A stretch of DNA of 62,276 bases from a virus (lineage: Duplodnaviria > Caudoviricetes), in IMG/VR virus record IMGVR_UViG_3300032317_000090, positions 1-62,276 of that record; one strand, 5' to 3'. Numbering within the stretch: the stretch's first letter is position 1; every line of letters begins with the position of its first letter. Below are positions 19,502 to 31,800 of this stretch, in pieces. The notes under the pieces were generated by a model. That model ran no database searches, had not been told where the DNA came from, and saw only the letters and a program-made list of their open reading frames with translations. Both the position numbers and the translations under genes were made by a program.

Positions 19502-20248
19502 ATGCCTCCTTGTGCCGCGAATAGCTCACCTTGCGACGGAATCCCGATCGACGTTCCCGGATCGAGCGTTCCGCGAACCTCGGCCTGTCCCATTGAGAAT
19601 GACGCCGCCGCCGTGGCGCTCCTTGCCCAGATCCTCGGCTTGGATCATCGCGGGAAGCAAGTCATCCTTCGCAAGATGGCGAACGCCCTCCTTGTGACCG
19701 ACTCGAACGGCCATGTCCGGTTTGCCGACGGGGACGAGGTTGCGATCAAGGTTCGGCCAATGGAGATGGTGCCGGGTGACGTGCTCGATTCAGTGTTTGG
19801 CTTGATTAGCAATCAGGATTGCCCCCGTCCCGAGTGGCGAACCATCACGAGGGATGCACTGCTTAGTGTGTTCCAGGCAGCAATCGACACCTCAGTCACC
19901 GAGCAAATCACGCTCGCGCTTTCTGACACCGTGGTTTCCGCCAAGATCGCCGCACTCACGGAGACTTACAAGGTGGGCGACTGGAAGATGCGCCTTGATA
20001 CGGATCGGCCGGCAAACTGGTTCCGATGCGGCGAGCGGTTCTCCGCCACGCTTTACCCGGAACTTGCTACGCTCCTCGGTTCCGATACCGTCCCAGACTT
20101 CAGGGGCGACATCATCCGGCAGTATGAACCGGGGAATGCACTCCTTCCGGTTGCTGGAACCGGGACGCTCTACACGAGTTCCACCACGGTAAATCCCATC
20201 AATTTCACCTGCGTCAATTTCCTTATCTACGGCGGCCTGCCGGTCTAA
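19502..20248 (+). CDS. Tail collar-domain protein
   Basis: VGDWK...PANWFRCG...FSATLYPELATLLGSDTVPDFRG collar motif; start moved to 19502 behind TTGCTT-17-TACAAT-7nt-ATG. Confidence 0.75.
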   Translation: MPPCAANSSPCDGIPIDVPGSSVPRTSACPIENDAAAVALLAQILGLDHRGKQVILRKMANALLVTDSNGHVRFADGDEVAIKVRPMEMVPGDVLDSVFGLISNQDCPRPEWRTITRDALLSVFQAAIDTSVTEQITLALSDTVVSAKIAALTETYKVGDWKMRLDTDRPANWFRCGERFSATLYPELATLLGSDTVPDFRGDIIRQYEPGNALLPVAGTGTLYTSSTTVNPINFTCVNFLIYGGLPV

Positions 20249-22083
20249 TGGACAAGAGACAACAATCGGCCCGCCCTCCCATCTACGACGGCTCCGGTCG
20301 ATTCCTTGGGGTAGTCGGCGGCCAACATCCGTTGGACATCGGAAAGCTTGGCGGCGCGGCGAATGCGATTAATCGCGAGTTCCGCTCCGGCGTTCTTTCG
20401 CGGACGAGACCCCGGACTTGCGAGCTTCGCCTGCGCTTCGAGAATGACGAGGACGAGGACTGGTTCCGCAACGGCTCCGTTCAAGGCGGGATCTCCTACC
20501 TGAAGACATCCCGCTACCGCTCCGCCGGGATCGTCCTGGCCGTCTCGGGCAAGATTTTCTTTGGGCGCATGGCCGGTCAGACTATCGCCATCAAGCGGAT
20601 CTTCGATGGCATGAGCGCCGACGTGATGAACATCTGGTTCGTCCAGGCCGAAGAGCGTGTTTACTGGCAGGACGGGATTAACCTTCCCGGAGCGTGGAGT
20701 GGTGACGAGCGTGATGCAGCATACTCGATCGAGAAAATTGCTGACCGCGTCGTGATGCCGATTGGTAACCTCATGGCCTATGCTCACGGGCGCGTTCTTG
20801 TGTGCAACGAGTTCAATCAGGTTGCCGTTTCGGATCATTTCAACGGCGGCGGTTACGGCCTGCGGAACAACTGCGAGTTTTTCGACGAGTCAATCACCTT
20901 CTACGGCGGGACATTCTCGCCTCCAACCCAACTCGGGAAAATCACCGGCATCAAGGTTCTGCCAGCCCAGGAAAGCCGAAACTATCACGGTGCGGTGGTT
21001 CTGCTTTGTGAGTCCGGCGCGGCTACGCTCGACATCTCCGGCCCGCGCTTCACGGTGGACAACGCCGGGGAGCCAACCGGCTTTGCAGCATGGCAAGATG
21101 CGAAGGCGCTTTACGTTGGAACCGGATTCGTTTCAAGCGTCGGGGCCGTCACCGTCAATAACGACCTATGGGCGCGGCGCTTCGATGGCATCCAGACGCT
21201 TCAGACGGCCTATCAGCGTGAAAGCTCCGGCTGGACGCGACCCACCCTCTCGCGTGGCGTCTCGCACTATCTAGCCTATGATTCACCGATGCTCTTGGAG
21301 TTCTGCCCTATGGGCTACCACGACAACCGGGTGTTTTGCGGCGTCATGCCGACCACGAGACCAGGGAAGTATGGCACCCATCGCTATTGCCAGGGGGCAG
21401 TCGTCGCGGACGTTCTCGGCTCCGTGGATTCCGAGGGCACCTTGCAGTGGGATGGTTTGTGGACCGGCCCGAATCCCATCCTTTATTTGAGCGTCGTCAC
21501 TCCGGCGCTGCGGATGCTGATTGTGTCGTGTGAGGATGGCGTCAATCACATTCACGAGCAAACCCGGAGCTACGGCCCGGATCTCTTCATGGATGGCTCA
21601 AGCCCGATCGAAGGTCTTCTCGATTCGAGCGCCTACGAGTTCGGAAGCCGGTTCATTCCAAAGGAATTCGTTGGCGGCGGGCGAACGAATCTCAAGTTTC
21701 GCGGCATGGCGAATTATGATTCCCTCTACCGTGCGGATGATGGCGATTGCTGGCATGAGTTGACCCTCCCGAAAGTCTTTGGTTCGCTCTCCCAGGCCAC
21801 CGGCCCTCTCGATATTCCGGACAAGCCGGGCGCAATCACCTTCGCCCAATCCACCCCGAACTCAGTTGAGTGCGGACCCGAACAGCGCCCAGCCAACCGG
21901 GGCCACTGGTTTCAAATCCGGCACCGCTTTACCGGCGACGTCCAACTGGTGATGTCTAGGGTCAAGGCGTTTGGTGACCCGGACAACGAGACGGAAGATT
22001 GCGGAATCTCGAAGCGTGATTTCACACTCGATGAAGCGTGTTGCGGTGAGCAAGAATTTCTGGTATATCAATTTGGCAGGTAA
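20248..22083 (+). CDS. Putative tail nozzle/stabilisation protein
   Basis: 611 aa, beta-rich, podoviral tail position. Confidence 0.55.
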   Translation: MDKRQQSARPPIYDGSGRFLGVVGGQHPLDIGKLGGAANAINREFRSGVLSRTRPRTCELRLRFENDEDEDWFRNGSVQGGISYLKTSRYRSAGIVLAVSGKIFFGRMAGQTIAIKRIFDGMSADVMNIWFVQAEERVYWQDGINLPGAWSGDERDAAYSIEKIADRVVMPIGNLMAYAHGRVLVCNEFNQVAVSDHFNGGGYGLRNNCEFFDESITFYGGTFSPPTQLGKITGIKVLPAQESRNYHGAVVLLCESGAATLDISGPRFTVDNAGEPTGFAAWQDAKALYVGTGFVSSVGAVTVNNDLWARRFDGIQTLQTAYQRESSGWTRPTLSRGVSHYLAYDSPMLLEFCPMGYHDNRVFCGVMPTTRPGKYGTHRYCQGAVVADVLGSVDSEGTLQWDGLWTGPNPILYLSVVTPALRMLIVSCEDGVNHIHEQTRSYGPDLFMDGSSPIEGLLDSSAYEFGSRFIPKEFVGGGRTNLKFRGMANYDSLYRADDGDCWHELTLPKVFGSLSQATGPLDIPDKPGAITFAQSTPNSVECGPEQRPANRGHWFQIRHRFTGDVQLVMSRVKAFGDPDNETEDCGISKRDFTLDEACCGEQEFLVYQFGR

Positions 22084-22088
22084 GAATC

Positions 22089-22538
22089 ATGGCGGAAAAC
22101 TCCACAGCGGAACAGTTTGCGGTTCTTGAGGCCGGTGTCCTCCCCCCGGAGTATGCCTGTTATCAGGGGTTATTCGAGGCATTTGCCCGCGCCCTTTCGG
22201 TGAGCAACTCATCCGGCACTCCTGGCCGCGATACCCTGGCCGTGGACGTCCCAGAAAAAGGCGACAAAGGGGATGATGGCCGCACACAGGTTGAGGTTCA
22301 GGACTTCGGCGCTCTCGAAACCACGCTCGGCGTAACCAGCTACGTGTTCCCCGTTCCGGCTGGGATTACCCCGGAATCTATCGAGCTTCGCCTCAACAAA
22401 GCGGGCGCTGTCGTCATCAGCGAAAGGCTGAACGCGCCAACCTCTATTACGCTCACGTTTTCCGCTGGACTTCCGGCCCCGGCTCAGATTTGTTTCTTCT
22501 ATCGTTATTTCGTCTACGCTGACGAGCTTACATCGTGA
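22089..22538 (+). CDS. Hypothetical structural protein
   Basis: Operon context; short GDKGDDG motif. Confidence 0.55.
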   Translation: MAENSTAEQFAVLEAGVLPPEYACYQGLFEAFARALSVSNSSGTPGRDTLAVDVPEKGDKGDDGRTQVEVQDFGALETTLGVTSYVFPVPAGITPESIELRLNKAGAVVISERLNAPTSITLTFSAGLPAPAQICFFYRYFVYADELTS

Positions 22539-23502
22539 CCGTCTCCGAGCTATTCGACTTCGCTTCGTCCCACGCTGGCCAATCTGGAACCTGCCGTGAG
22601 GATGAGTTCATTCGTGCGCTTAACAAGTCGTTGACGCTCCTTTGGCCGCGTGGTGACTGGCGCGACACCATCGAGATTGGCCGGATTACCGTTTGCGCAA
22701 ACTCCGTGATTCGCCTCCCATGGCAATGGGAGTTCGTCCGCGAAGCTTGGTCTTCTCAGGGGAATCATGTAGGCGTTGCCGACCGATGGTATTCCGGCGT
22801 GGCTCCCGAGGCATTCAAGGTTCTGCGCGGGCCTGGAATTGGCTTGATCGCCACGGGCAACCGGCCATGCGTCGCCTTCGCCCCTCCCGATCGCCACTTC
22901 TTTCTGCGAGCCACCTACACCGACGCCCCGGCGGCCGCCGATGAAATCACGCTTCATGGCCTTGACCAGCACGGAGCGCCCGTGATCGAGACCCTTGTTG
23001 GTTCGTGCCGGACGAAGCAGTCTTTCCGCCGATTGGTTGCCGTGGCCAAGCCCAGGACGGCGGCTCCGCTCATTCTCGATGCCATCTCGTCCAATGGTTC
23101 CGGCGGCGAGGAGGTTCACTTCCTGGCCCAGTATCAGCCAGCCCAGACGAATCCGCACTTCGCCGAATACTCGGTCACTGGTTCGAACTCCTGCTCGATC
23201 TACGTCAGGGTGAAAAAGCGCCTCGTCCTTGTCCGGTCCATGATGGATCTTTGCCCCATTGAAAATCCGGTGGCTATCGCTTTCGCGCTTCAGGCGATCA
23301 ACAACCTTGGTCGGGATAACGCGCTCTATGCCGAAAACCTCACCCTCGCGGAAGAGACTCTGAAGGCCGAAATCAAGGACGACTCAGGCGAAGATGGTCA
23401 CGCCTTGCGTTTTGACTTTCCCCGGGCTACAAATTTGGTTCCGGGTGCATTCGTCGGGCTCCGCAGATACGGCCCGGGGCAACCCGGAACTCATAACCTG
23501 TA

Positions 23503-23503
<1 letters not shown>
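22535..23503 (+). CDS. Putative head-tail adaptor/tail tubular protein
   Basis: Helical N- and C-termini around a beta core; position. Confidence 0.45.
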
Positions 23504-24626
<1,123 letters not shown>

Positions 24627-24627
<1 letters not shown>

Positions 24628-25823
24628 TGAGTGTCCCAGTTTTCAACCCGGCAGTCCCCCAGGTGCCAAATCAGGACGTGGGCCAGTCAGCAATGATTGG
24701 CGCTCTCAATGCGCTTGGCACCGGCCTTGGACAGTTTCGGGCGCGTAAGGCTGTCGAGCATCAGTCTACCGTTCTCGGTCAGATCATGGGAGACCCCGCC
24801 ATGGGTGATCTCTTCAAGGAATCCGCCATGGCCGCCTTGGCTAACGGCGCAGATCCGAGCGAAGTCATGGGCGACATGATGAAGCAGGTTCAGGACTGGA
24901 CGAAGCTAGGCGCTCAGCAGGACTTCGCCCGGAGCCAAGCTGCAACCAGTCACGCAGACGACATGGCGGAGATTTCCGCTCGGGCGGCGGCGCAAAAGGA
25001 TGTTTGGAACAGCACGACCGGCACCCGGCCTTATGGCTCCCCGGCCAAAGGTGAGCTTCCGACGTTTGATTCGATCGTTGCTGGCCGGGCCGGGATTGGA
25101 ATCCAACCCCCGGCCCGCGCCGGTGCGGTGAATGATCCGCCGCCCGCCCAGTCCCCGCAGGCCCAAACCCCTCCGCTCGGCGGCGGCTTGTTTCCCTCTG
25201 CCGCCCCGGCCTCGGCTCCGTTCGTCCCTGGAGTTTTTAATAATGGAATCTTCAAGCCGGACAACCCGCAGGCCCCGGCCCCGGTGGCTCCGGCCAAACC
25301 GGCGCTTGAGCCGACGGTGAATAAGCTGATCGAGCTTCGCGAGGCGTTCGAGGCTAGCAAGGTCAACGGGAAGGGCGGAGACCCTTCCATCCTGGCGGAA
25401 GCCAACCAAATCACGGAAGAGTTCGGTGACCGCGACATACTGACCGACGTAATGGGCAAAGAAGTTGCCCGGCGCAAGGAGTTCTCAGCCCAGTCTGACC
25501 GCCTTGAGAAGCGGATCATTGCGGTTGAGGGCAAGATGGACGTCGCGGACGTTGACGAACGGGACGCGCTGGCCGCCAACCTCAAGGATTTACAGGCCCA
25601 GCAAGAGGCCCTTCTGAAATCCGAGAATGTTTCTACCTCCATTCGGGTCGCCCAGATGGAGAAGTTGAAGCGTGATTCTGTTGCACGCTTCGCCCAGGAG
25701 CCGGAAGGATCGGCGTCCAGGGCAAGGCTTGGTAAGAAGATCGACCTGATTGAACTCTCGCTCCGCGACCTGAAGAAGACTCGCGCCCAAAAGGTGATCG
25801 ACAGGATTCTTCCCGGAAATTGA
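24627..25823 (+). CDS. Putative internal virion (ejection) protein
   Basis: TAATG-coupled; helical and Pro-rich. Confidence 0.55.
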
Positions 25824-25858
25824 CGGCGGCGGCATGATGCTGCTATACTGGCACCCGC

Positions 25859-28800
25859 ATGGACCCTGATACAGAGGAACCTTCGCTCTCTTCGAGCGAC
25901 TTCGACGCCATCGTTACCCCGAGCGAGGAGTGGAAGGCAGCAGACACCAAGACGCGGCTTGCGGCCATCCGGGAATTCTCTCAGGCCCTCATTGATGGCT
26001 TGCCTCCGGCGGTTCTCGAAGACGACGAGGCGCTTGGCGTCTTCAATGAGCGACTCGATGCTTGGCGAAATAAGCGGATCGAGGCGGAGCTTCCGAGCCT
26101 CATGGAGTCTCTGCCGGAGCGCATGGCGCAATCGTGGGACCAGTTCCAATTTGGTCGGTCAGGAGAGGACGTCGTGGACGCCATGAGGGCGCTCAAGCGT
26201 TCCCGGGAAAACCCGCCCGACCCAGAGAAGCCGCTCACCATTCAACAACAATACGATGCCGAGCAGGCCGGGCCTGAAGAAGTTCTTGGCGCTGCCCTCC
26301 GCGAGGCCGTGGAGATCAAGGGCCGGATGAATGAACGCCTCCCAACGAAGGGGATGTTCAAATTCCAGTCACTCAACTCCGATAAGTATTGGTCACAGAC
26401 CAGCCTCTTTGAACTCGCCAGCCTTTCCGCGACTGCCGCTCTCGAATCCTCTGTCTCGTCCGCGCCATCGAGCGCCGCCGGGTTGGCCGGTTTTGCCGTC
26501 GGCTCCCTTGCTGGCGGAGCGGGCGGCCCGGCCGGAGCCGCCGCCGCCAGTGGTGCCGTGTCTTACGGTAACGAGTTCAATCAGTATTTCATGAGTGAGC
26601 TTTTTAAAAGTTCGGACGGATCGGAACTCACTGAGGCCCAGGTTCGTCAGCGGCTCAAGGATGACACCTTCTACGGTAAGCTCGTAGCTGATGCCCACAC
26701 GCACGCCATGGCTACGGCAGGGATTGAGGGCGCGATGAACCTCGTGGGAGGTGCCGCCGCCGGGAAGATTCTCGGGAAGGAGTCCGCGAAATTCGGACTC
26801 AAGGAAGCCGGGAAAACCCTGGCCGCCGCCGGAGCGGAAACCACTGCCGACATTATTGGCGGGGCGGGCGGAGCCGCCGGAGCCATTGGTGCGCTTGGGG
26901 GTGACGTCACGAGCGAAGCATCCAGAAAGGAAATCACGCTCGAAGGACTCGGGGAACTTCAGGGCGGGACGAATGCCAGCGTCACCATTGGTTCCACCAT
27001 CGGGAAACTTCTCTCGCCAGTCAAGGCAACTAAGCCCGGCGCACAGGCCCCGGCTCCTGGCGCTCCGCAGACGCCGCCCGGCAGCCCGGCCCCTAAACCA
27101 AACAGCGCTTACGCTCCGCCTCCGGGATACGTCCCGCCGTCCATGAAGCGGCGGCCTCATTCGGTAAACGATCCAATCGACATCGAGGCCGATGTCTCCC
27201 GAGTTCCGGCGGATTCACGCTCGATTCCCGGCGGCCAGCAACCCCGGCTCCCTGGTGGCACGCCGGTCAATCCCTCCGCGCTACCGGCCCCGGCTCCCGC
27301 CCAGGAAGAGGAGGTTGAGCCAGATCCGGAGGACGCTCTACGGACGGCGGCGCTCGATGCGCTCAACGATGCAGGCATGGAGCTTTTCGTCCCGTCCGAT
27401 GGCCGCGACCTCACGCCAGGGACCGCCGTCCACATCGCCCCCAAGACGGCAAAAGCTATCGGGTTTCCCGTGGTGCCAGGATCTACCGGCCTCATGGCCC
27501 AGGTCACCAGGTCAAATCCAGACGGAACCGTCGAGGTTCTGAACAACGGGAAGCGCCGCGTCCTTTCCCCGTCGGATTTCTCCGGTGAGAATGTCGTCGT
27601 CGTCGGAGCGATTGCCGATCCAGAGTTTGCTGACGAGATCGTCGAGGAGCCGGACGCGCAGAGCGACGCATTCAAGGCCGTCTCGCCGGATGAAGTTGCG
27701 GAAACCGACGAAGAGGCAGCGGCGGCTCAGTCCAAAGCGGCAGCATCACGGAAACCGCCGGCAACTAGCAAGGCCAAAAAATCTGGTCCAATTCCGGCGG
27801 CATCGCCAGAGCCAAATCCCGAACCGAATCAATCGGTCACTCAAGATGAAGAAACTAACCAAGGAAATCAGTCACCACTCGTCGAACAACCTCAACATAC
27901 CGCCCCTGCTCCGGTTGCCAGTCCGGCTCCCCAGCCAGCCGTCAAAATTCCCGAGGCTGATCCTTCGGTTGCCGCGCCCATAGCGCCAAAGCGCCAAGTC
28001 AATCCTGGCATCCGGAAAATCAATGCCCGGCGGCGAGGCCAAGCCGAAGCTTTCAAAGACTCCCCGATCATCCAGGCCATCCGGCAAAAGGGCTTCATCA
28101 AATCGAAGACCACGGCTAAGGCGCAGACCGGGAAGGTTCATGGCGAGTATGACGCCACCCCGAAGTTCCAGCCGCAAGAGGCCACCTTGCTCTTCGATAA
28201 AGAGCTTGGCCAGAATCCGGCGGACATGGCGCATTCAATCTTTTACGACGAGGACACCGCCGGACTTCTTTCCGCGCCAACCGCTGAAGCTCTTTGGGAT
28301 GCAGTTGCCCAGGCCCAGCGTGATTCGGTGGCCGCCGGGACTCGCGAAGCTGAGGAGGACGCCAGACTGCTTCGCATGGAGCAGTGGGACTTGGCCGCCA
28401 ATAAGGAGGGCAAGGCTACCGTTCGAGGCGGTGACCTCGCCGTAGGGGACAAGATCAAGGTCGGTGGCCGCGAGCTTCGAGTGGGGAACGTCTTCGAAGA
28501 CGGCTCCCTTGTTCTCGAAGGAGCGGAGGAGTATTACGGAAATCCAGTCGTCGGGGAGAATGAGACAATCACTATCGACCGAGCCGTCTTCAAGGCCCCT
28601 TCGGTTGAGTCGTTCACGCCCGAGGAGATGGCCGCCGACACCGCCAGGAGGGCAAGGGCGGCGAAGGCGAAAGCCAAGGCCAAGAAGTCTCACGCGCTCC
28701 TGAAGGGTGCCAAGCCGGTTTCCAAGAAGCCGCCGGGCGGGAAGAAGATGGGAAGCTACGCCGGAGTCAACTCGATCATTCCGGAGCAAATCCAGAACTC

Positions 28801-31800
28801 CTTGCAGACTGCAATCGCCCTGATGGATGGGATGCAGGAAGCAGGGTTTCAGGATGTATCCAAGGCTATTCGCCAGCTTACCGGCTGGTTCGTCGGGCCG
28901 GACGGTAAGCTCCGCTACGAAATCCCAGACAACAATTTCACCGTCACGCTTCCGGAAATCGGGGGCATTCAGGTTCCCGGATCATACCCATTCAAGTCTA
29001 TCGTTTCCCATCCGGAATTGTTGGCCGCCTATCCTGAGATAGCCAACACGACGGTTGAGGTTTTCCATAGCGTAAAGGCCGACGCTTCAATCTCTCGCGA
29101 CGGGAAGGTGATTCGGATTGCGACCGGCCAGCGCTCAGTGACCACTCGCCGGATGATGATCCACGAAATCCAACACTGGATTCAGATCCATGAAGGTTTC
29201 GCGATGGGTGGGACGAAGGACGATTTCATTCGCACCATCCAACCCCTCTTCACCGCCGAGGAAGAGCAGGCCGTCTTCGAGTTGGAGGAACTCAACGACA
29301 CGTCGCCGGGCGGCCTCACGGCCCAAGAAGCCGACTTACTGCGCCGGTTCTATGAGGCGGGCCGGGATCGTGCAGCTTATCTCAAATATCGCGACATCGC
29401 CGGGGAATGGGAAGCTCGCGACATCGAGGCCCGACTCCTGATGGATGAGCTTGAGCGGCACATGACGGACCCTTACTCGTCCGAGGCGATTCCGGATGGA
29501 GGCTTACTCTTCTTTGAACCCGGTGGCGCAATCAACAGCAGTCCGGGATTCGACAACGAGCATGAGCAAATCACGCTCGATGATTTGATTGACGCTTTGC
29601 GCCAGGATGGCGACATCAACCCTGCCAACGAAGCGGATGCGCTGATTCTGGAGATCCAAGCCAGCCCGGCCATGCGCTCCGTAATGGATGCCGTCGAGGT
29701 TCGCCCGGCCAGCACTCCTTTCTTTTCCGTGGACGCGGACGGCACGCCGGTAATCGGCCTTCCGATGGGGCCGGACGCCACGGCCAACCCTTCCGCTATC
29801 AAGGAAGAAGTGGTTCACGCCGTCATCGCCCCGCAACTCGAAGCGAACCCGGCGCTTCGTAAAGAGGTGGCGTCAGCGAGGAAAGATTCAATCGCCACGC
29901 TCCCAAAGGCTCTCGCTTCGGCGGTAAAAGTTTTCGCAGCCAGGCCGGACGCATCAAACGATTTCAAGGGTCGGCTGCAATCACGCTCAGCGGAAAGCGT
30001 ATCCGAGCGCATCGCGCAAGCCCTTTCCCCGAATGGAACGAGCCCGTCAGCAGTTCGCGAGGTTGCCTCTAACATTGATGCAGTCGCCGGAACTTATGGG
30101 ATGAGTGATGATGAGGCGGCTAACCTGATTTACTCTTTGCTGTCTGACCACGAATTCGCGGCCAATGTGATGTCGGACCCCGCTGTCCAGAGCTTCGCCC
30201 AGGATATTCAAAGCGGTGGCCGGAGTGTTTGGGAGCGGATCATGGCCGTTCTCCGCCGGTTATTCGGGATCGCTGGCGGGAAGAAAATGCAGACGGCCTT
30301 TGATCGGACTGTAGCCGCCGCCCGCTCCGCCGTCCGCTCACGCACCGCCGCCGCCGCAGATCACCGAGGCCGGGAGATCCTCTCTCGGGACGGAATCACG
30401 CTCAACTCTTCGAAAGCCAAGGCCCCGAATCCCACGACCCACCCGGCCAGACATGCAGCTTGGCGGGCCAGATGGGAAGGACGCGTCCGCAATGCCGCCA
30501 TCATGGCGACTACGACGCTAACGACTCACCGGCTTTATGGTCGCACGCCGGTTGTCACAAGGCGGATCAACGAGACCGTGGCCGCTTGCCGCTCGATCAT
30601 CTCCCAGATTCCTACGCTCACCGACAAGGAGCTTCAGGACTTCACGGATGTTGTGGCCGACTACTTCCGCACCGGGGACGACAAACACCTTACCCGGCTG
30701 GCCTGGAAGATCGAAGTTTTAAACCTCAACCGGAAGGTTGAGTCATCAAACCGAGCCGCCGGTTTCAGGAAGCCGGAAGACTACGGCCTGCTCACCACCG
30801 GTTACGACAAGGAGGACTTGAGCCCGGTGGGGAACCTGCTTCAGAATCTAATCGCCACGGCACCGGCCCTTACGACCATGTTGAGGACGCGCAAGCATCG
30901 CGACGTAATCTTGGGGCAGCTGCTCAACAAGTGGCTCGTGGATGGCGTCCACGCCACCAACCGGGAAAACATCCGGTATGAGCAGATGCGCGACGCTCTC
31001 GGGGTTTCCTCCGGGATTATGCGCAGCAATGGGACGCTGGCCATTGACATCAATGAGCAGATCGACTTGCTCGTTGCTCAACTCACCGCCCAGTTCCCTC
31101 GCGAAGTGGATGGCTTGCCCGTGGACGTCGCCACCCAGCGCCGTTACATGCTGGACACCATCGAGCAGGACGCCAGAGCGTTCGAGCTTGAGGCCGCAGG
31201 CATCCGGCGCAAGGGCAATCAGGAAATCAGCGGAGCCAAGGCCCGGCTATTTGAGGCCAACGTCGCCCATATCGAGCGCGTGGCGGCGCGGCTCCGGGAA
31301 GTTCAGCGGATGTGTGTTGCCATGGGGCCGAACGCTCAACCGGCGGCCATGGTGACAGCCATCGACTCAATTCTTACGCCCAGGACGGCGGCATTCCTGA
31401 AGGGGATTCGAGCGTACTTCGGCACCAAGGCGGACGAGATCAACTATCAGATGGCGTTGGTTCACGGTGTCCCGTTCGCATCCTATCACAACTACATTCC
31501 ACGGCCAAACCGCGCTAAGGAATCCGCCCGAGGTCAGATTGATCTTGCCACGGACAACAAATCCTTTGCCGCTCCAGCAATGGCGCTCGCTTCCCCAATC
31601 CGGAGCCGGGCCGGTTCTACCTATCTCCGGTTCGGCTACGACCCGGAGAACCGGACGCCGGTTGCTGATCCATTCGAGGCCATCGACGCCGCCGCCCACC
31701 GGACAATCAACGACTTCAATACCTACAAGGACCGGAACCTAATCGGGGCCGTGGTTCAAGGCGAGAGGTTCGCGGCTGTCGTTGGGCCAGAAAACGCTGC